From NCBI GenBank assembly GCA_043808785.1, contig JAZDEL010000008.1:30001-62000 (forward strand): 32,000 bases of DNA, written 5' to 3'. The stretch's first letter is position 1; each line of letters begins with the position of its first letter. The notes under the pieces are model-generated. The model was given only the letters and a program-made list of their open reading frames with translations. It was not told where the DNA came from and made no database searches. A program made the translations under genes and the position numbers. This DNA comes from Candidatus Iainarchaeum sp. Lineage in GTDB: Archaea; Iainarchaeota; Iainarchaeia; Iainarchaeales; JAZDEL01. This document shows positions 30,763-32,000 of the stretch, piece by piece.

Positions 30763-31652
30763 TGAAGCAGGCATCGATACCGTTCAGCCCTTTGCCGGCA
30801 AAAATGCTGCTGCAGCTTTGCGGGCGCTTTAAGGGAATGGGGGCTAGGATAACAAACGCTTTCCCCTACATGAAAGTGGAGCTGAAGCAGGCGGAACTCG
30901 GGGTTGACGAGGCTGAATACGGCGCCGCAATGGTCTTCCTGTTCGGGTTCTATTTTGTGGCGGCAACCATAGTGGTTTATGCTATGGGGCTGCAGTTCTT
31001 CCCTGAAAACGCGATTATTGCGGCGCCGACACTCGGCGGAATATTCGCATTCCTTGTGCTGATACAGCTAAGCATGTTCCCGAAAATAAAGGTAAAGAAG
31101 AAGGTAAGGGACATAGAGCGCAACCTTATTTTTGCGCTTAGGACCCTGCTCATCGAAATAAAATCCGGCGTCACGCTTTTCAACGCGATAAACGTGGTTG
31201 CGGAAGGGCGCTACGGTGCGGTAAGCAGGGAATTCAGCAAGGCCGTTGAGAAGATAAATACCGGCACGAGCGAGGAGGCCGCGCTTGAGGAAATCGCCGC
31301 CCAAAATCCCTCGCTTTTCTTCAGGAGGGCGATGTGGCAGCTGCTTAACGGCCTTAAAACCGGCGGGGACATAAGCAATGCGGTTGCCGCAATGGTGGAT
31401 ACGCTTGCAAAGGAGCAGGCAAATCAGGTGAGGAAATACGGCTCGTCGCTGAGGCTGCTCTCGCTTGTTTACATGATGCTTGGCGTGATAATACCTGCAT
31501 TGGGGCTGACTTTCCTCATAATACTCGGGTCGTTCCCGCAGATAGCGATAACGGAGATGATGTTCTGGGCACTGCTTGCGGCAATAATCCTCGGGCAGTT
31601 TATGTATCTCGGCATGCTTAAATCCGGAAGGCCGAACCTCATGGGTGAGTGA
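30759..31652 (+). CDS. T2SSF-domain platform membrane protein (TadB/TadC/FlaJ-like half, 297 aa)
   Basis: LIFALRTLLIEIKSGVTLFNAINVVAEGRYG... is a T2SSF motif and several TM helices are present. The ATGA overlaps the ATPase stop. Confidence 0.85.
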   Translation: MMKQASIPFSPLPAKMLLQLCGRFKGMGARITNAFPYMKVELKQAELGVDEAEYGAAMVFLFGFYFVAATIVVYAMGLQFFPENAIIAAPTLGGIFAFLVLIQLSMFPKIKVKKKVRDIERNLIFALRTLLIEIKSGVTLFNAINVVAEGRYGAVSREFSKAVEKINTGTSEEAALEEIAAQNPSLFFRRAMWQLLNGLKTGGDISNAVAAMVDTLAKEQANQVRKYGSSLRLLSLVYMMLGVIIPALGLTFLIILGSFPQIAITEMMFWALLAAIILGQFMYLGMLKSGRPNLMGE

Positions 31653-31653
31653 T

Positions 31654-32000
31654 ATGTACAAGAAAATAGCGGCATTCATCCCTTCGGGCATAATCAAGGC
31701 GTTCAGGAGGGAAATGGACTACCTCAATATAGACCTGAGCGAGAAGACCGTGGTTGGGTTCATTGTTGTTTATGGCGCTGCACTGAGCCTCGGGATTGCG
31801 CTGTGCGCGTTTGCCTTCATAGGGGTAGATATTGCCGCGACTTTCCTGGCCTCATTTGTGCTGTTCTGCGTGGGCACATACCTCTGGCTAAGCATTGCCG
31901 CCGAATCGAAGGGAAAGCTTGTGGATTCAATACTCCCCGACGCGCTGCAGCTCATTGCCGCAAACATAAAGGCGGGGCTGACAACCGAAAGGGCACTGCT
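31654..32000 (+). CDS. Second T2SSF-domain platform membrane protein, 5' partial (runs off the window)
   Basis: The ATG at 31654 is 2 nt after the previous stop. MYKKIAAFIPSGIIKAFRREMDYLNIDLSEKTVVGFIVVYGAALSLGIALCAF...SILPDALQLIAANIKAGLTTERAL shows the T2SSF motif. It is absent from the ORF track because no stop is reached. Confidence 0.75.
   Translation, partial: MYKKIAAFIPSGIIKAFRREMDYLNIDLSEKTVVGFIVVYGAALSLGIALCAFAFIGVDIAATFLASFVLFCVGTYLWLSIAAESKGKLVDSILPDALQLIAANIKAGLTTERAL

Overview
The window looks archaeal. A/T-rich BRE/TATA-like boxes sit about 20-40 nt upstream of most start codons, and many genes appear leaderless or short-leadered. The gene content fits this call: Taw1/TYW1, geranylgeranyl reductase with its ferredoxin, archaeal-type PGK, cupin-type PGI, Lrp/AsnC regulators and class III (archaeal prepilin) signal peptides. 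I see about 45 protein genes and no rRNA, tRNA, CRISPR array or transposase. Positions 1-20.1 kb hold housekeeping genes (AMMECR1, taw1, PRC-barrel, NFACT-N, GGR+ferredoxin, coaBC, pgk, cupin pgi, type I gap). These are mixed with three type II toxin-antitoxin pairs (RelBE-like, RHH/PIN, AbrB/PIN), two paralogous Lrp/AsnC genes each paired with a tiny unannotated ORF, several small hypothetical genes and short palindromic repeat elements. Positions 20.4-32.0 kb hold a co-directional type IV pilus-like (Tad/Epd-like) locus that runs off the window edge. It contains three small class III signal peptide pilins and two paralogous ~750-aa pilin-anchored VWA/CARDB-like proteins, one with an intact MIDAS and one with a degenerate MIDAS. 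These are followed by a Cys-rich pilin-like protein, a glycine-rich coiled-coil protein with a wHTH-like C-terminus, a FlaI/TadA-type ATPase and a platform protein split into two T2SSF genes. No prepilin peptidase is visible. This pilus/adhesin locus is the most interesting system here. The duplicated Lrp + micro-ORF module and the double-hairpin repeat family are secondary leads. All functional calls come from reading the translations by eye; no database search was possible.
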